Source: an uncultured Actinomycetes bacterium (GTDB lineage: Bacteria > Actinomycetota > UBA4738 > HRBIN12). From it: 64,000 bases of DNA. Below the pieces are notes generated by a model. It was not told where the DNA came from, did no database searches, and worked only from the letters and a program-made list of their open reading frames with translations. The DNA is taken from contig CAVTOC010000005.1 in assembly GCA_963736335.1 (NCBI GenBank), forward strand, positions 506,428 through 570,427. Direction: 5' to 3'. Position 1 is the stretch's first letter. Every line of letters begins with the position of its first letter. This document shows, piece by piece, positions 10,064-20,574 of the stretch. A program made the position numbers and the translations under genes.

Positions 10064-10822
10064 TCAGGTCGATACCGCGGTCGCGGCGATGTGGACCAGC
10101 CTGGCGATGTCCCGATAGGGAGGGCGACGCCCGGCCTCCCGTTCCAACCGGAGGAGTTGCTCGAACGCTTCGTCGGTGAGGTCGTCGACCGCGGGGTCGG
10201 AGAAGAGCCGGATCCCCACGACCGAGTCGAACCGCCAGCCGGCGGCATCGAGCAGCTCGTGCCATTCGCCGAGCGAGCGCGACCGGTTCTGGATCCCGAG
10301 GTTCCCTGCGGCTACGGGGTTGTCCAGGACCCTGATGGCCTCTTCGAAGTCGCCGCGGAAACCCGGCCGCAGGGCGAGACCGTCGCGGTTCTTCTCGAGC
10401 AGCGACAGGATCGCTCCGTCGCGAGCGACCGAACGGAGGACCTTCAGGGCGGCTCCGGCATCGTCCACGTACATCAGCACCGCGTGGCAGCAGACGGCAT
10501 CGAACGCGTCCTTCGTCAACCGTGGGACGTCCTCGATCGAGCCGTGGATCAACCCGATGTCGGCTCCCCCCGCCGTCACGCGGTCCCCGGCCACCCGCAG
10601 CATGCCTTCGGAGGGGTCGATCACCGTGACGTCGTAGCCCTCCTGTGCCAGCGGGATCGCGACCACGCCGGTACCGCCGCCGACGTCGAGCACGCGGGCG
10701 GGAGGCGGAGGAAGGGTCTCGCGGAGACGCTCCAGCACCAACGCCAGCCGGATGCGGCCACGCGTGGTCGTCGCGTAATGGGCGTCGAACCACTCGGCCT
10801 TCTCGTCGAACGTCGGAGCCAC
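10064..10822 (-). CDS. Class I SAM-dependent methyltransferase (SmtA/CmoM-like)
   Basis: VLDVGGGTG, IDPSEGML, FDAVCCHAVLMYV, GRIR at N-terminus. Confidence 0.85.
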   Translation of the reverse strand: MAPTFDEKAEWFDAHYATTTRGRIRLALVLERLRETLPPPPARVLDVGGGTGVVAIPLAQEGYDVTVIDPSEGMLRVAGDRVTAGGADIGLIHGSIEDVPRLTKDAFDAVCCHAVLMYVDDAGAALKVLRSVARDGAILSLLEKNRDGLALRPGFRGDFEEAIRVLDNPVAAGNLGIQNRSRSLGEWHELLDAAGWRFDSVVGIRLFSDPAVDDLTDEAFEQLLRLEREAGRRPPYRDIARLVHIAATAVST

Positions 10823-10856
10823 GGCCGGCGAGTGTACAGACGGTGGCCCGATCGAC

Positions 10857-10879
10857 GATACCTCTGTTACAGAGGTATC
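10857..10879. promoter_or_regulatory. Perfect inverted repeat, probable MarR operator
   Basis: GATACCTCTGT-T-ACAGAGGTATC (11-bp arms), overlapping the -10 hexamer TATCCT (10876-10881) of the MarR gene. Confidence 0.75.
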
Positions 10880-10887
10880 CTGAGCGG

Positions 10888-11361
10888 GTGACGTCCACGC
10901 AGCAGTCGGTCAGGGATCGAACCTCCGGCAACGTGCCGGGGGAGCTGATGGAGATCGTCCTGCGCCTGCGGCGCGGCGTCCGCCGGCGCGTTCACCGCGA
11001 CTGGTCGTACCGGCCTCTGACGGAGTCCGAGGTCGAGCTCGTGGTGCTGCTCCACGATCGTCCCGGCACGCGGGTGGGGGAGGCCGCCGAGGCGCTCGGT
11101 CTCGTGCCCAACACGGTGAGCACGCTCGTCGGTCGCCTGGTCGACGCGGGACTCGTCTCGCGTCGACCCGACCCCGACGACGCCCGGGCCGCGCGGCTCG
11201 AGCTCACACCTGCCGCGCGGCGACGCATCGCCGATCGGCGGGACCGCCGGCGCCAGGTCGTGCAGCGCGTGATGGCAGAATTGGATGCGGCGGACCGACG
11301 TGCGATCGAGGTGGCGCTCCCCGCGTTGCGCCGCCTGTCCGATCTGGTCGGTGAGTCGTGA
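10888..11361 (+). CDS. MarR family transcriptional regulator
   Basis: wHTH VGEAAEALGLVPNTVSTLVGRLVDAGLVSR.PDPDDAR...LT; GTG start 10888. Confidence 0.9.
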   Translation: MTSTQQSVRDRTSGNVPGELMEIVLRLRRGVRRRVHRDWSYRPLTESEVELVVLLHDRPGTRVGEAAEALGLVPNTVSTLVGRLVDAGLVSRRPDPDDARAARLELTPAARRRIADRRDRRRQVVQRVMAELDAADRRAIEVALPALRRLSDLVGES

Positions 11362-12197
11362 GCGGTCTGCCGATGCCCGTGGAACCCATCCCACACCGCG
11401 ACGGCGCCCCGGCCGTCGACGCCGTCGACCTCCGGTATGCGTTCGGCGATGTTCGCGCGGTCGACGGTGTGTCGTTCTCCGTGGGGACCGGAGAGGTGTT
11501 CGGCCTCCTGGGTCCCAACGGCGCGGGCAAGACCACGACGATCCGGATGATCACCACACTGCTGCGGCCCGCGGGTGGCCGGATCGAGGTGTTCGGAACC
11601 GATGTCGTGCGGTCGCCGATGCAGGTACGCCGGCTGCTCGGATACGTGCCCCAGCAGCTCTCGATCGACGGACAGCTCACCGGCTACGAGAACGTGACGC
11701 TCTTCGCGCGCCTATTCGATGTGCCGCGCCGCGAGCGACGGGCGCGGGCGCTCGACGCGCTGCAGCTCGTAGGGCTCGACGCTGTGGGCGATCGGATGGC
11801 ATCCACGTACTCGGGTGGCATGATCCGCCGGCTCGAGCTGGCGGAGGCGCTCGTGAATCGTCCCCGCATGCTCGTGCTCGACGAGCCGACCATCGGCCTG
11901 GACCCCGTCGCCCGCGAGGGCATCTGGGGCCGGCTCCTGTCGCTCCGCAAGGAGCTGGGCATGACCGTCCTCCTCACCACCCACTACATGGAGGAGGCCG
12001 ACGAGCTCTGCGACCGGGTCGGCATCATGCACCGTGGTCTGCTCCGCGTCCTCGGTCCGCCGAAGGATCTCCGCGAGGCGATGGGCCCGGATTCGACGCT
12101 CGAAGACGTCTTCCGTGCGCATGCCGGCGACATCGAGGAGGAAGGAGGGCTGCGTCGTGTCCGCGATACCCGCCGAACGCTCAACCGACTGGCCTGA
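11358..12197 (+). CDS. DrrA-type ABC exporter ATP-binding protein
   Basis: GPNGAGKTT, YSGGMIRRLE, LVLDEPTIGLDP, LTTHYMEEA. Confidence 0.92.
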   Translation: MSGLPMPVEPIPHRDGAPAVDAVDLRYAFGDVRAVDGVSFSVGTGEVFGLLGPNGAGKTTTIRMITTLLRPAGGRIEVFGTDVVRSPMQVRRLLGYVPQQLSIDGQLTGYENVTLFARLFDVPRRERRARALDALQLVGLDAVGDRMASTYSGGMIRRLELAEALVNRPRMLVLDEPTIGLDPVAREGIWGRLLSLRKELGMTVLLTTHYMEEADELCDRVGIMHRGLLRVLGPPKDLREAMGPDSTLEDVFRAHAGDIEEEGGLRRVRDTRRTLNRLA

Positions 12198-12981
12198 GGG
12201 CGGAGGTCCGCTCGGCTCCGTTCGGCTTCTCTGGCGTCGCACGTCGGCGCTGTGCCTGTCCGAGCTGTGGCGGATCCGTCACGACCGCACCGAGCTGTAC
12301 ATGCGCGCGATCCAACCGGCGCTGTGGCTGCTGATCTTCGGTGAGACGTTCACGAAGATCCACGTGATCCCGACCGGCAACGTCCCGTACCTCGACTACC
12401 TGGCGCCGGGGATCATGGCGCAATCGGCGCTGTTCATCTCGATCTTCTACGGGATCCAGATCATCTGGGACCGCGACGCCGGCATCCTGACCAAGCTCAT
12501 GACGACGCCGACGCCGCGCGCGGCGCTGGTGACGGGCAAGGCGTTCGCGGCCGGCGTTCGTTCGATCGCTCAGGTCTTCGTCGTCCTCGTCCTCAGCACG
12601 ATCCTGGGGGTCACGTTCGATTGGAACGTTGCGCACATCGCGCTCGCGGTACTGGCCGTGGTGCTGGGTTCGGCGTTCTTCACGACGCTGTCGGTCTCGA
12701 TCGCCGGGCTCGTCCTGACGCGCGATCGGCTCATGGGGATCGGTCAGGCGATCACGATGCCGCTGTTCTTCGCCTCGAACGCGCTGTACCCGGTGGCGCT
12801 CATGCCCGGATGGGTCCGGGCGGTCGCGCTGATCAACCCGCTCAGCTACGAGGTGAACGCCTTGCGGCGGCTGCTGCTCGGGATGCCGGGCAACCTGTGG
12901 CTCGACTTCGGGGTCCTGACGTTCGCCGCGATGCTCGGCGTGACCGTCGCCTCATCGCTCCTCGGCCGGCTGGCCCGCTGA
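12157..12981 (+). CDS. ABC-2 type (DrrB-like) permease
   Basis: YLDYLAPGI, PLFFASNALYP, INPLSY; about six TM segments. Confidence 0.88.
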   Translation: MSAIPAERSTDWPEGGGPLGSVRLLWRRTSALCLSELWRIRHDRTELYMRAIQPALWLLIFGETFTKIHVIPTGNVPYLDYLAPGIMAQSALFISIFYGIQIIWDRDAGILTKLMTTPTPRAALVTGKAFAAGVRSIAQVFVVLVLSTILGVTFDWNVAHIALAVLAVVLGSAFFTTLSVSIAGLVLTRDRLMGIGQAITMPLFFASNALYPVALMPGWVRAVALINPLSYEVNALRRLLLGMPGNLWLDFGVLTFAAMLGVTVASSLLGRLAR

Positions 12982-12990
12982 CCGTTCGCT

Positions 12991-14166
12991 TCAGGCGCTG
13001 CGGGCGAGCCAGAGGCGGGGCTCTTCGATCTCGGGGAGCGAGGGCATGGCATCGGGCGAGTCCCACATGGTCGCGAGCGTCGCCTCGTCGGTCAGCTCGA
13101 CCACGGTGTCGCAGAACGCGCCTCCCTGCACGTACTGCTCCCGCTTCATCTCGATCCCGAGGAGCCGCTCGAACACGGGGTCGCCCGCCTCGCCCTCGCG
13201 GTAGCGGCGCATCGCTTCCTGGATGCGTCCGAACGACGGGAGGAGCTCGCGTCCGAGCGCCACCATCACGTGGTCGCCGTAGCCCTCCGCCGCCGCCATG
13301 AACGCCTGGATCCTTCCGAGCTTGATCCGCTGTTCGTCGTCGAGCACCGCGCCGAACAATCCCTCTTCGGACTCCATCAGCGACTGCATCGCCTCCGGAT
13401 CCGAGGCGTCGAGCACGGACAGGCGCTCCTGCATCGCGGCCGCGTCGATCTTCAGCGTCGACAGGAAGTCGCGGAGCAGCTCGGCGAACCGTTCGCGCGC
13501 CCACGGGCGCGCGAACTCGAACCGGTGCGTCACCTCGTGCATCGCGATGAACGTCCGGAAGTCGGTGGGATCGAGGGACCAGTCCCGCTCGAACTGCGCG
13601 ATGTTCGACACGACGAACAGCAGCGATCCAGGACCCGATCGCGGGATCGCGATGTCGTACTGGCCCATGACGCGCTGCCCGAGGAAGCCCAGCACCGTGC
13701 CGACCTGCGCCCCGAGCAGCAGGGGCGAGAGCTGTTCGAACATCCCGCTCATCGCCTGCATCTCCCCGGGGACCTCCGGGCCCATCGCCTCTCGGGTCGC
13801 CTCTCCCATCGCGGCGGCGATCCGCTGCGCGGCCGGCTCCAGCAGCTCGCGAAGACCCTGGGTGTTGGCGCTCACCCAATCGGCGCGGCGCACCGGCTTG
13901 ATCTCGACGACGTCGGTGGGTGCCTCGAGGCCTGTGAACCGCGCCACGTGCAGCTCGGCGATGCGAACGACCTCCCCGAACATCCGGTGGTCATCCGGCG
14001 TCGGTGCGGGGTCGTCGCGACCCTCCTGGGCGTTGGCGATGCCGATCTGGCGTGCCATCTCCCAGTTCACCGGGCCGGACGACGACGACATCACACGCTG
14101 CAGCTCTCGGAAGAGCGGCGCGTCGGCGAACGCGTCGGGGTCGCCGGATCCGAACGGGAAGTCCAT
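12991..14166 (-). CDS. Zinc-dependent metalloprotease (Zincin_2/DUF2342 family)
   Basis: GPVNWEMARQ, GQYD, HEVTH zincin motif, EGYGDHV, KREQY..G. Confidence 0.88.
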   Translation of the reverse strand: MDFPFGSGDPDAFADAPLFRELQRVMSSSSGPVNWEMARQIGIANAQEGRDDPAPTPDDHRMFGEVVRIAELHVARFTGLEAPTDVVEIKPVRRADWVSANTQGLRELLEPAAQRIAAAMGEATREAMGPEVPGEMQAMSGMFEQLSPLLLGAQVGTVLGFLGQRVMGQYDIAIPRSGPGSLLFVVSNIAQFERDWSLDPTDFRTFIAMHEVTHRFEFARPWARERFAELLRDFLSTLKIDAAAMQERLSVLDASDPEAMQSLMESEEGLFGAVLDDEQRIKLGRIQAFMAAAEGYGDHVMVALGRELLPSFGRIQEAMRRYREGEAGDPVFERLLGIEMKREQYVQGGAFCDTVVELTDEATLATMWDSPDAMPSLPEIEEPRLWLARSA

Positions 14167-14205
14167 GTCTCAAGGGTACGACCGAGCCCCGATAGGATGA
14201 GGCAC

Positions 14206-14631
14206 GTGTCCGATCATGCCCTTGTTCGCGTGACATCCGATCCGCTCTCCGTGGACGAGGCATTGGCCTCGGTCGCCGACGACGGCGCGGGGGGAACCTG
14301 CGTGTTCGTCGGGACCGTTCGAGACCATTCGAACGCCGGAGACGTGACCGGCCTTCGATATGAAGCGTGGGACGAGCTGGCCGTGGCGCGCCTGCACGAG
14401 ATCGCGGGCGAGCTGTTCGAGAAGTGGCCGGTCCGCAAGGTGGCGATCCTGCACCGGACGGGCGACCTTCGCGTCGGCGAGGCCAGCGTGGTGATCGCGT
14501 GCTCGGCGCCGCATCGGAGCGACGCCTTCGAGGCATGCCGCCACGGCATCGAGCGGCTGAAGGAAGACGTTCCCATCTGGAAGAAGGAGTCCCTCGTCTC
14601 CGGCGACGCCCACTGGGTCATGGGCAGCTGA
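14206..14631 (+). CDS. moaE: Molybdopterin synthase catalytic subunit
   Basis: FVGTVRDH, LRYEA, HRTGDLRVGE, PHRSDAFEAC, LKEDVPIWKKE, HWV. Confidence 0.93.
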   Translation: MSDHALVRVTSDPLSVDEALASVADDGAGGTCVFVGTVRDHSNAGDVTGLRYEAWDELAVARLHEIAGELFEKWPVRKVAILHRTGDLRVGEASVVIACSAPHRSDAFEACRHGIERLKEDVPIWKKESLVSGDAHWVMGS

Positions 14632-15641
14632 TGGGGCGGGACCTCGCGATCGACCTGGGTACCGCGAACACCCTGGTCTATCGGCAAGGAGACGGGATCG
14701 TCTTCGATCAGCCGACGGTTGTCGCGCTCCACGGCGGTACCGGCGCGGTGCTCGGGATGGGCGATGAGGTCTGGGACCTGATCGGCGGCGATTCCGGCAG
14801 CGTGGTCGCGGTTCGCCCGCTCCGCGCGGGAGCGATGACGGAGTTCGACATCACGCAACGCATGCTCGAGGTCGTCGTGAAGCGTTCGATCTCCACCCGC
14901 TTCCCCAAACCGCGTGTCCTGGTCGCGGTTCCGTCGATGAGCTCCGAGGTGGAGAAGCGTGCGATCGAGGAGGCCGTCCGGTTCGCCGGCGGCGGGCGCA
15001 GCGTGACGCTCGTCGAGGAGCCGCTCGCGGCCGCGATCGGAGCGGGACTGCCGATCCACGAGCCGATCGGCAACCTGATCGTCGACATCGGGGGTGGGCG
15101 ATCCGAGATGGCGGTCGTGTCGATGGGCGGCGTCGTGAGCGGGCGCTCGATCGCGCTCGGGGGATTCGACCTGGATGCGGCGATCCAGGACCACATCCGC
15201 GAGCGGTACGGCGTCGCGATCGGCGAGACCGCAGCCGAGGAGATCAAGATCGCCATCGGATCGGCGTTCCCGAGTTCCACGGGAACGGCCGCCGTGGTCA
15301 CGGGGCGGGAGCTCGCCGGAGGGAACACCGTCGAGGTCAAGGTGACCGAGGACGAGGTCCGACAGGCGATGTCCGCCACGGTGCGCTCGATCGCCGACAT
15401 GGCTCGTCTCTGCCTGGCCGAGGCGCCCCCCGAGCTGACGCACGACATCTTGGAGACGGGGATGTTCCTAACGGGCGGAGGGAGCATGCTGCGCGGACTG
15501 GACATGTTGTTGGCGCAGGAGTGTGAGGTGGCGGTCCACTCGACCGAGCGGCCGCTCGAGACGGTGGTGATCGGTGCGGGCCGCATGCTCGAGCACCTGG
15601 CCGACTACCAGACGGCGTTCCAGCTCGTACGACGGAGGTGA
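14631..15641 (+). CDS. mreB: MreB/Mbl actin-like rod shape-determining protein
   Basis: DLAIDLGTANT, VRPLR.G, EEPLAAAIGAGLPI, VDIGGG, AEEIKI.IG, LTGGGS; ATG overlaps moaE stop (TGATG). Confidence 0.88.
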   Translation: MGRDLAIDLGTANTLVYRQGDGIVFDQPTVVALHGGTGAVLGMGDEVWDLIGGDSGSVVAVRPLRAGAMTEFDITQRMLEVVVKRSISTRFPKPRVLVAVPSMSSEVEKRAIEEAVRFAGGGRSVTLVEEPLAAAIGAGLPIHEPIGNLIVDIGGGRSEMAVVSMGGVVSGRSIALGGFDLDAAIQDHIRERYGVAIGETAAEEIKIAIGSAFPSSTGTAAVVTGRELAGGNTVEVKVTEDEVRQAMSATVRSIADMARLCLAEAPPELTHDILETGMFLTGGGSMLRGLDMLLAQECEVAVHSTERPLETVVIGAGRMLEHLADYQTAFQLVRRR

Positions 15642-15665
15642 GTCGCGCGATGCCGTCCGCGACGC

Positions 15666-16022
15666 CTATGAGGCGTAGTCGCTGATCAGCCTCGCTATGA
15701 GCGAGCCGCCCTGGTACAGCGAGAAGGCCAGGAGTGCCGCCGCGAGCGTCACCGCGATCAGCAGCCCGAGGACGCCGACCGTCCGCGTCTGCCACGAGCG
15801 CCGATCCGTGGCGACCGGCACGTAGGTCCTGCCCTCCTCCAGCGATGCGGCGTAGGACGTCGCGTAGCTGTACCCCCCGGCCTCGTCGGGGGGCTCGGGC
15901 ATGAAGCCGCCACCACGCTCGATCGAGGCGTCGTAGGGCTCGACCCGGCCGGCGCGGAGCGTCAACCAGTACACGAGGGCGCCCGAGACGAGCGCCGCGA
16001 GGAACACGATCACATAGGCCAT
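15666..16022 (-). CDS. Hypothetical two-TM membrane protein
   Basis: 118-aa ORF with hydrophobic N- and C-terminal segments filling the intergenic gap. Confidence 0.6.
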   Translation of the reverse strand: MAYVIVFLAALVSGALVYWLTLRAGRVEPYDASIERGGGFMPEPPDEAGGYSYATSYAASLEEGRTYVPVATDRRSWQTRTVGVLGLLIAVTLAAALLAFSLYQGGSLIARLISDYAS

Positions 16023-16115
16023 GGGGTTGGTCGTCCGGGGCGAGCGTACCGCCGAACGCGCTCAGATGTGTGCAACGGCGCTGACTGCAACCTCCCGTAC
16101 GATGGATGTCCGCCC

Positions 16116-17138
16116 ATGTCACGAACCAAACGCTTCATCACTGGGTTCATCTTCGTGCTCGGCCTCGGCCTGGCGTTCTTCGCCGGATGGGTGCGGCTCC
16201 CGTATTACTCGCTCGGGCCCGGACCGGCGCGCGAGGTGCAACCACTGATCAGTGTCAGCGGAGCCCAGGAATACCCGTCACAGGGCAAGCTCATCATGAC
16301 CACGGTCAGCTTCCGGGGCCTGAGCGCGGTGGGGATGCTGGTCGCATGGCTCGATCCACACCTGGCGGTGGTCTCGCAGGAAACGCTCTTTCCGCCGGGA
16401 GAGACGGCCGAGCAGGAGCAGCAGCGGTCGCTCTCGCAGATGGACCAGAGCAAGATCGACGCTACCGATGTGGTGCTGCGGCGGCTGACTGACTACCCGA
16501 AGGATCACGGCGACGGGGCGCTCCTGGAGTTCGTGTATCCGGGATGTCCCGCGGAAGGGAAGCTCTTCGCCGGCGACCTGGTCGAGTCGATCGACGGGAC
16601 GCCGGTGCATTCGGCCAACGATGCCTCGAGGGCGCTCGATGCGGTTCCGGTGAAGGACCCCATCACGTTCGATGTGATGGCGGCGAGCAAGACGCACGAG
16701 ATCACGCTCACGCGAGAGCGATGCCTTCCCGACGTCGACGCCCCCCGGGTCGGTATCAACCTCATCGACCCGTTCCCGATCGATGTGCGCATCGCGAGCG
16801 GCGACGTGGGTGGCCCCTCCGCCGGGCTGATGTGGGCCGTCGGTCTCTACGACCTCCTGACGCCGGGCGACATCACGGCGGGGAAGACGATCGCGGGGAC
16901 CGGGACGATCGACACGAAAGGACGCGTGGGCCCCATCGGAGGGATCGAGGACAAGGTCGTGGCGGCGGAGCGCGCCGGAGCGACGGTGTTCCTGGTCCCC
17001 GCGGACAACATGAAGGAGCTCGCCGGCGTGGACACGGGAGACATGCAGCTGATCTCCGTCTCCACGTTCCAGGAGGCGCTCGACGCCCTCCAGAAGCTCG
17101 GGGGCATGGGGATCCAACCGCAGACCGCCGGATCCTGA
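16116..17138 (+). CDS. PDZ domain/Lon-like S16 peptidase (YlbL family)
   Basis: N-terminal TM, LPYYSLGPG, PDZ region, VGGPSAGLM (catalytic Ser), IAGTGTI, VGPIGGIEDK (Lys). Confidence 0.9.
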   Translation: MSRTKRFITGFIFVLGLGLAFFAGWVRLPYYSLGPGPAREVQPLISVSGAQEYPSQGKLIMTTVSFRGLSAVGMLVAWLDPHLAVVSQETLFPPGETAEQEQQRSLSQMDQSKIDATDVVLRRLTDYPKDHGDGALLEFVYPGCPAEGKLFAGDLVESIDGTPVHSANDASRALDAVPVKDPITFDVMAASKTHEITLTRERCLPDVDAPRVGINLIDPFPIDVRIASGDVGGPSAGLMWAVGLYDLLTPGDITAGKTIAGTGTIDTKGRVGPIGGIEDKVVAAERAGATVFLVPADNMKELAGVDTGDMQLISVSTFQEALDALQKLGGMGIQPQTAGS

Positions 17139-17228
17139 ACCGGGCATCCACGCGGCGTTACCCACCGCATGCGTTAGGCTTGGCTGCTCGCGGCAGATGC
17201 GCTGCGTGGGGAGGGAACGAGCACCACC

Positions 17229-20112
17229 ATGATGCGCGTGAACATGCCGGCGGGCACCCGCCGGTGGCCGATCATCGTGATCGCCGTTCTCATCCTCCTG
17301 TTCATCGGCTTCACGGTGATGTCGGGGTTCTACGTCGACCTCCTGTGGTTCCGCGAGGTCAAGCTCTCGAGCGTCTTCTGGACCGTGCTTCGAACCAAGG
17401 TGATGCTCGGCGTGATCTTCGGGCTGCTGTTCTTCGCGCTCATCTACGTGAACCTGCTGATCGTCCGCTGGCTCACGCCTACGACCAGGATCCTCACCCC
17501 CGAGCAGGAGGCCGTCGACCGGGTCCGCCAGGGCCTGGAGCCCTACCTGCGGTGGCTGATCCCCCTCGCGTGCGCAGGTCTCGCCCTCATCGTGGGGCTC
17601 GGCGTCTCCCGTGAGTGGCAGTCGTTCCTGCTGTGGCGGAACGGCTCCGGGCTCTCGTTCGGCACCACCGAGCCGCTCTTCCATCGAGACCCGGCGTTCT
17701 ACGTGTTCTCGTTGCCGTGGCTCCGCTTCGTGCAGGGGTGGCTCTTCTCCTCGCTCGTGGGCGTGACGCTGATCGTGGGTATCGCCCACTTCGTGTGGGG
17801 TGGGATCCAGCCGCAGGCGCCCGCGTTCGCCGACAAGGTCGATCCGGCGGTGCGTGCCCATCTGTCGGTCCTGCTCGGCCTGATCATGCTGACGAAGGCG
17901 TGGGGCTACTACCTGGGCAGGTTCGATCTGCTCACGTCCCCGCGCGGCGTCGTCGAGGGGGCGTCGTACACCGACGTCCACGCGCAGCTGCCGGCGCTGA
18001 ACTTCCTGGCGATCGTCGCCGTGATCTGCGCGGTGCTGTTCCTGGTGAACATCCGCGTGCGGCTGTGGAGCCTGCCGGTGATCGCGGTCGGCTTGCTCGC
18101 GTTGGTCTCGGTCCTCCTCGGCACGGCGTACCCGGCCTTCGTGCAACAGTTCAGCGTCAAGCCGCAGGAACAGCAGCGCGAGACCCCGTACATCGCGGAC
18201 AACATCACCGGGACACGCAAGGCGTTCGCGTTGGACAAGATCGACATCTCCCAGCGTCCCGCGGACCCGAACGTGTCGACGCAAGCGCTCAACGAGAACT
18301 CGGCCACGGTGTCCAACATCCGCCTGTGGCGCCCGTCGGTGCTCTTGGAGAACTTCCAGTCGCTGCAGCGGATCCGCCAGTACTACGAGTTCCGGGACGT
18401 CGACGTCGATCGCTACGACGTCTCGGGCTCGCCGCGCGTCCTGATGGTCTCGGGTCGCGAGATCAGCCAGAGCGGCATCCCGGCGGGGGGCCAGACGTGG
18501 CAGAACACGCACCTGGTCTACACGCACGGCTTCGGCGCGGTCGCCGCGCAGGTGAACACGGCGACGACCGAGGGCGCGCCGCTCTTCACCGCTCCGCGAC
18601 ATCCCTCCCGTGGGTACGCCGACGATCGACCAGCCCCGGATCTACTTCGGCGAGCTCAAGACCGTGCCGTTCGTCGTCACGAACACGAAGTCGAAGGAGC
18701 TGGACTACGAGGGCGCGTCGCAGGAGCAGGACACGACCTACACCGGGACCGGAGGCATCCCGATCGGGAACATCTTCCAGCGGGCGCTGTTCGCGTGGCG
18801 GTTCAAGGACATCAACCTGCTGATCTCCAGCCTGATCGACTCGAACAGCCGGATCATGATCTACCGGGATCTCGCGGAGCGCGTGCCCAAGCCGGCGCCG
18901 TTCCTGAAGTTCGACGGCGATCCCTTCCTCTCGATCGTCGACGGCCGTCTCACGTGGATCTGGGACGCCTACACGACGACGAACGAGTATCCGTACTCCC
19001 AGTCGATGAACCTGTCGGATGCGACCCAGGGAGCTATGTCGGGGAACGCGAACTACATCCGCAACTCCGTGAAGGTCACCGTCGACGCCTACAACGGCGA
19101 CATCAAGTACTACATCTGGGACGACCAGGACCCGATCGTCCAGGCATGGGCGAAGGCGTTCCCGGGCATGTTCCTGCCCAAGAGCGCCGCGTCGGCGGAC
19201 CTTCAGGCCCACGTCCGCTACCCGGAGAACCTCTTCCAGATCCAGGCGTCGCAGTACGCGACGTACCACGTGACCGACACCGCGGTGTTCTTCCAGAAGC
19301 AGGACGTGTGGCAGATCCCGACCGATCCCACGGTCGCCGCGAACGTCCCGCAGGCCGGGACGGCCGCCCCGGTGACGGACCAGATGCGTCCGTACTACTC
19401 GTTGATGCGGCTGCCCGGTGCCAGCGATGAGCACTTCATGCTGATCCTTCCGTTCACGCCGCTCGGGCGACAGAACATGGTCTCGTGGATGGCCGCCGAC
19501 TCCGACCCCGGGTCGTACGGCAACACCGTGGTCTACACGTTCCCGAGCGGTCGCAACGTCGACGGCCCGACGCAGGTGTTCGCGCAGATCAACCAGGACC
19601 CGGTGTTCTCCGCCCAACGGACGCTGCTCGGTTCGGGGGGTTCAACGGTGGTGTTCGGCGACTTCCTGGTGATCCCGATCAACGATTCGTTGTTGTACGT
19701 GCAGCCGGTCTACGTTCGTTCGACGCAGGCGAGCTCGATCCCGGAGCTCAAGCGGGTGATCGTGGTGAACGGCGACGAGGTCGGGATCGGGAACAGCCTG
19801 TCCGAGGCGTTGACCGCCTCGACCTCAGGACAGACCGGCGGCGGCCACGGAGGTGGCGGCGGGACACCCACCGGCACCGTCGATCAACAGATCCAAGATC
19901 TGCTCAACCAGGCCCTGCAGCACTTCGCCGCCGCCCAGGCGGCGCTGACCGCCGGCAACCTCGGCACGTATCAATCCGAGCTCGACCAGGCGCAGGCGCT
20001 GGTGCAGCAGGCGAACGACCTGGCGGCCCAGCAGGCCGGGACCGGCGGCACCTCCGGCTCGCCGACCCCTTCGCCGATCCGCGTCAGCATCGTCGCCAGT
20101 CCGTCACCGTAG
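17229..20112 (+). CDS. UPF0182 family membrane protein; frameshift near 18595
   Basis: DLLWF, DP.FYVF.LP, GASYTD, NIRLW, DVDVDRY, HLVYTHG, QPRIYFGE, NYIRNSVK, RYPE across ORFs 17229..19430 and 18610..20112. Confidence 0.92.
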
Positions 20113-20146
20113 CTCGGCGCCGAGCCTCGGCTGCTAGCATGCGCCG

Positions 20147-20566
20147 ATGCGGACACCGGGCAGACTCGCTTGGCTCGTCGTGCTGATGCTGGTGCTATCC
20201 CTCTCCGCGGCCGCGTGTGGGGGAGGGGGAAGCGACTCCGCCGACGCGTGCTCGGCCGCGAAGGACTTCACCGACTCGGTCACGGCACTCAAGGCGGTCG
20301 ACCCTGTAACGGACGGCACAGATGCCTTGAAGACCGCGGCCCAGAACGTGGCGGACGCCGCCGGTGCGCTTGAGACGGCCGCCAAAGATCAGTTCGGGTC
20401 GCAGGCCTCCGCGGTGAAGGCCGCGTATCAACAGTTGGCCGACGGCCTCGCGAACGCGGCGGACCCGGCCAGTGCGGCACAGGCGCTGACATCGGGCATC
20501 GCGAACATCCGTAACCAACAGGCTGCGCTCGAGGAAGAGATCGCGAACGCCTGTCCCGCCAGCTAG
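20147..20566 (+). CDS. Hypothetical lipoprotein
   Basis: Signal peptide with lipobox AAAC, Ala-rich helical body with a Cys pair. Confidence 0.7.
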   Translation: MRTPGRLAWLVVLMLVLSLSAAACGGGGSDSADACSAAKDFTDSVTALKAVDPVTDGTDALKTAAQNVADAAGALETAAKDQFGSQASAVKAAYQQLADGLANAADPASAAQALTSGIANIRNQQAALEEEIANACPAS

Positions 20567-20574
20567 CTCGCCGA

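Noticed and set aside
8155-10248. Long antisense/alternate-frame ORFs (also 16278..18602, 26720..29224, 31959..35384, 44202..46235, 53071..55158)
   Set aside because: Largely Arg/Pro/Gly-rich shadow frames expected in high-GC DNA. Where they contain real protein segments, these belong to frameshifted genes already listed.
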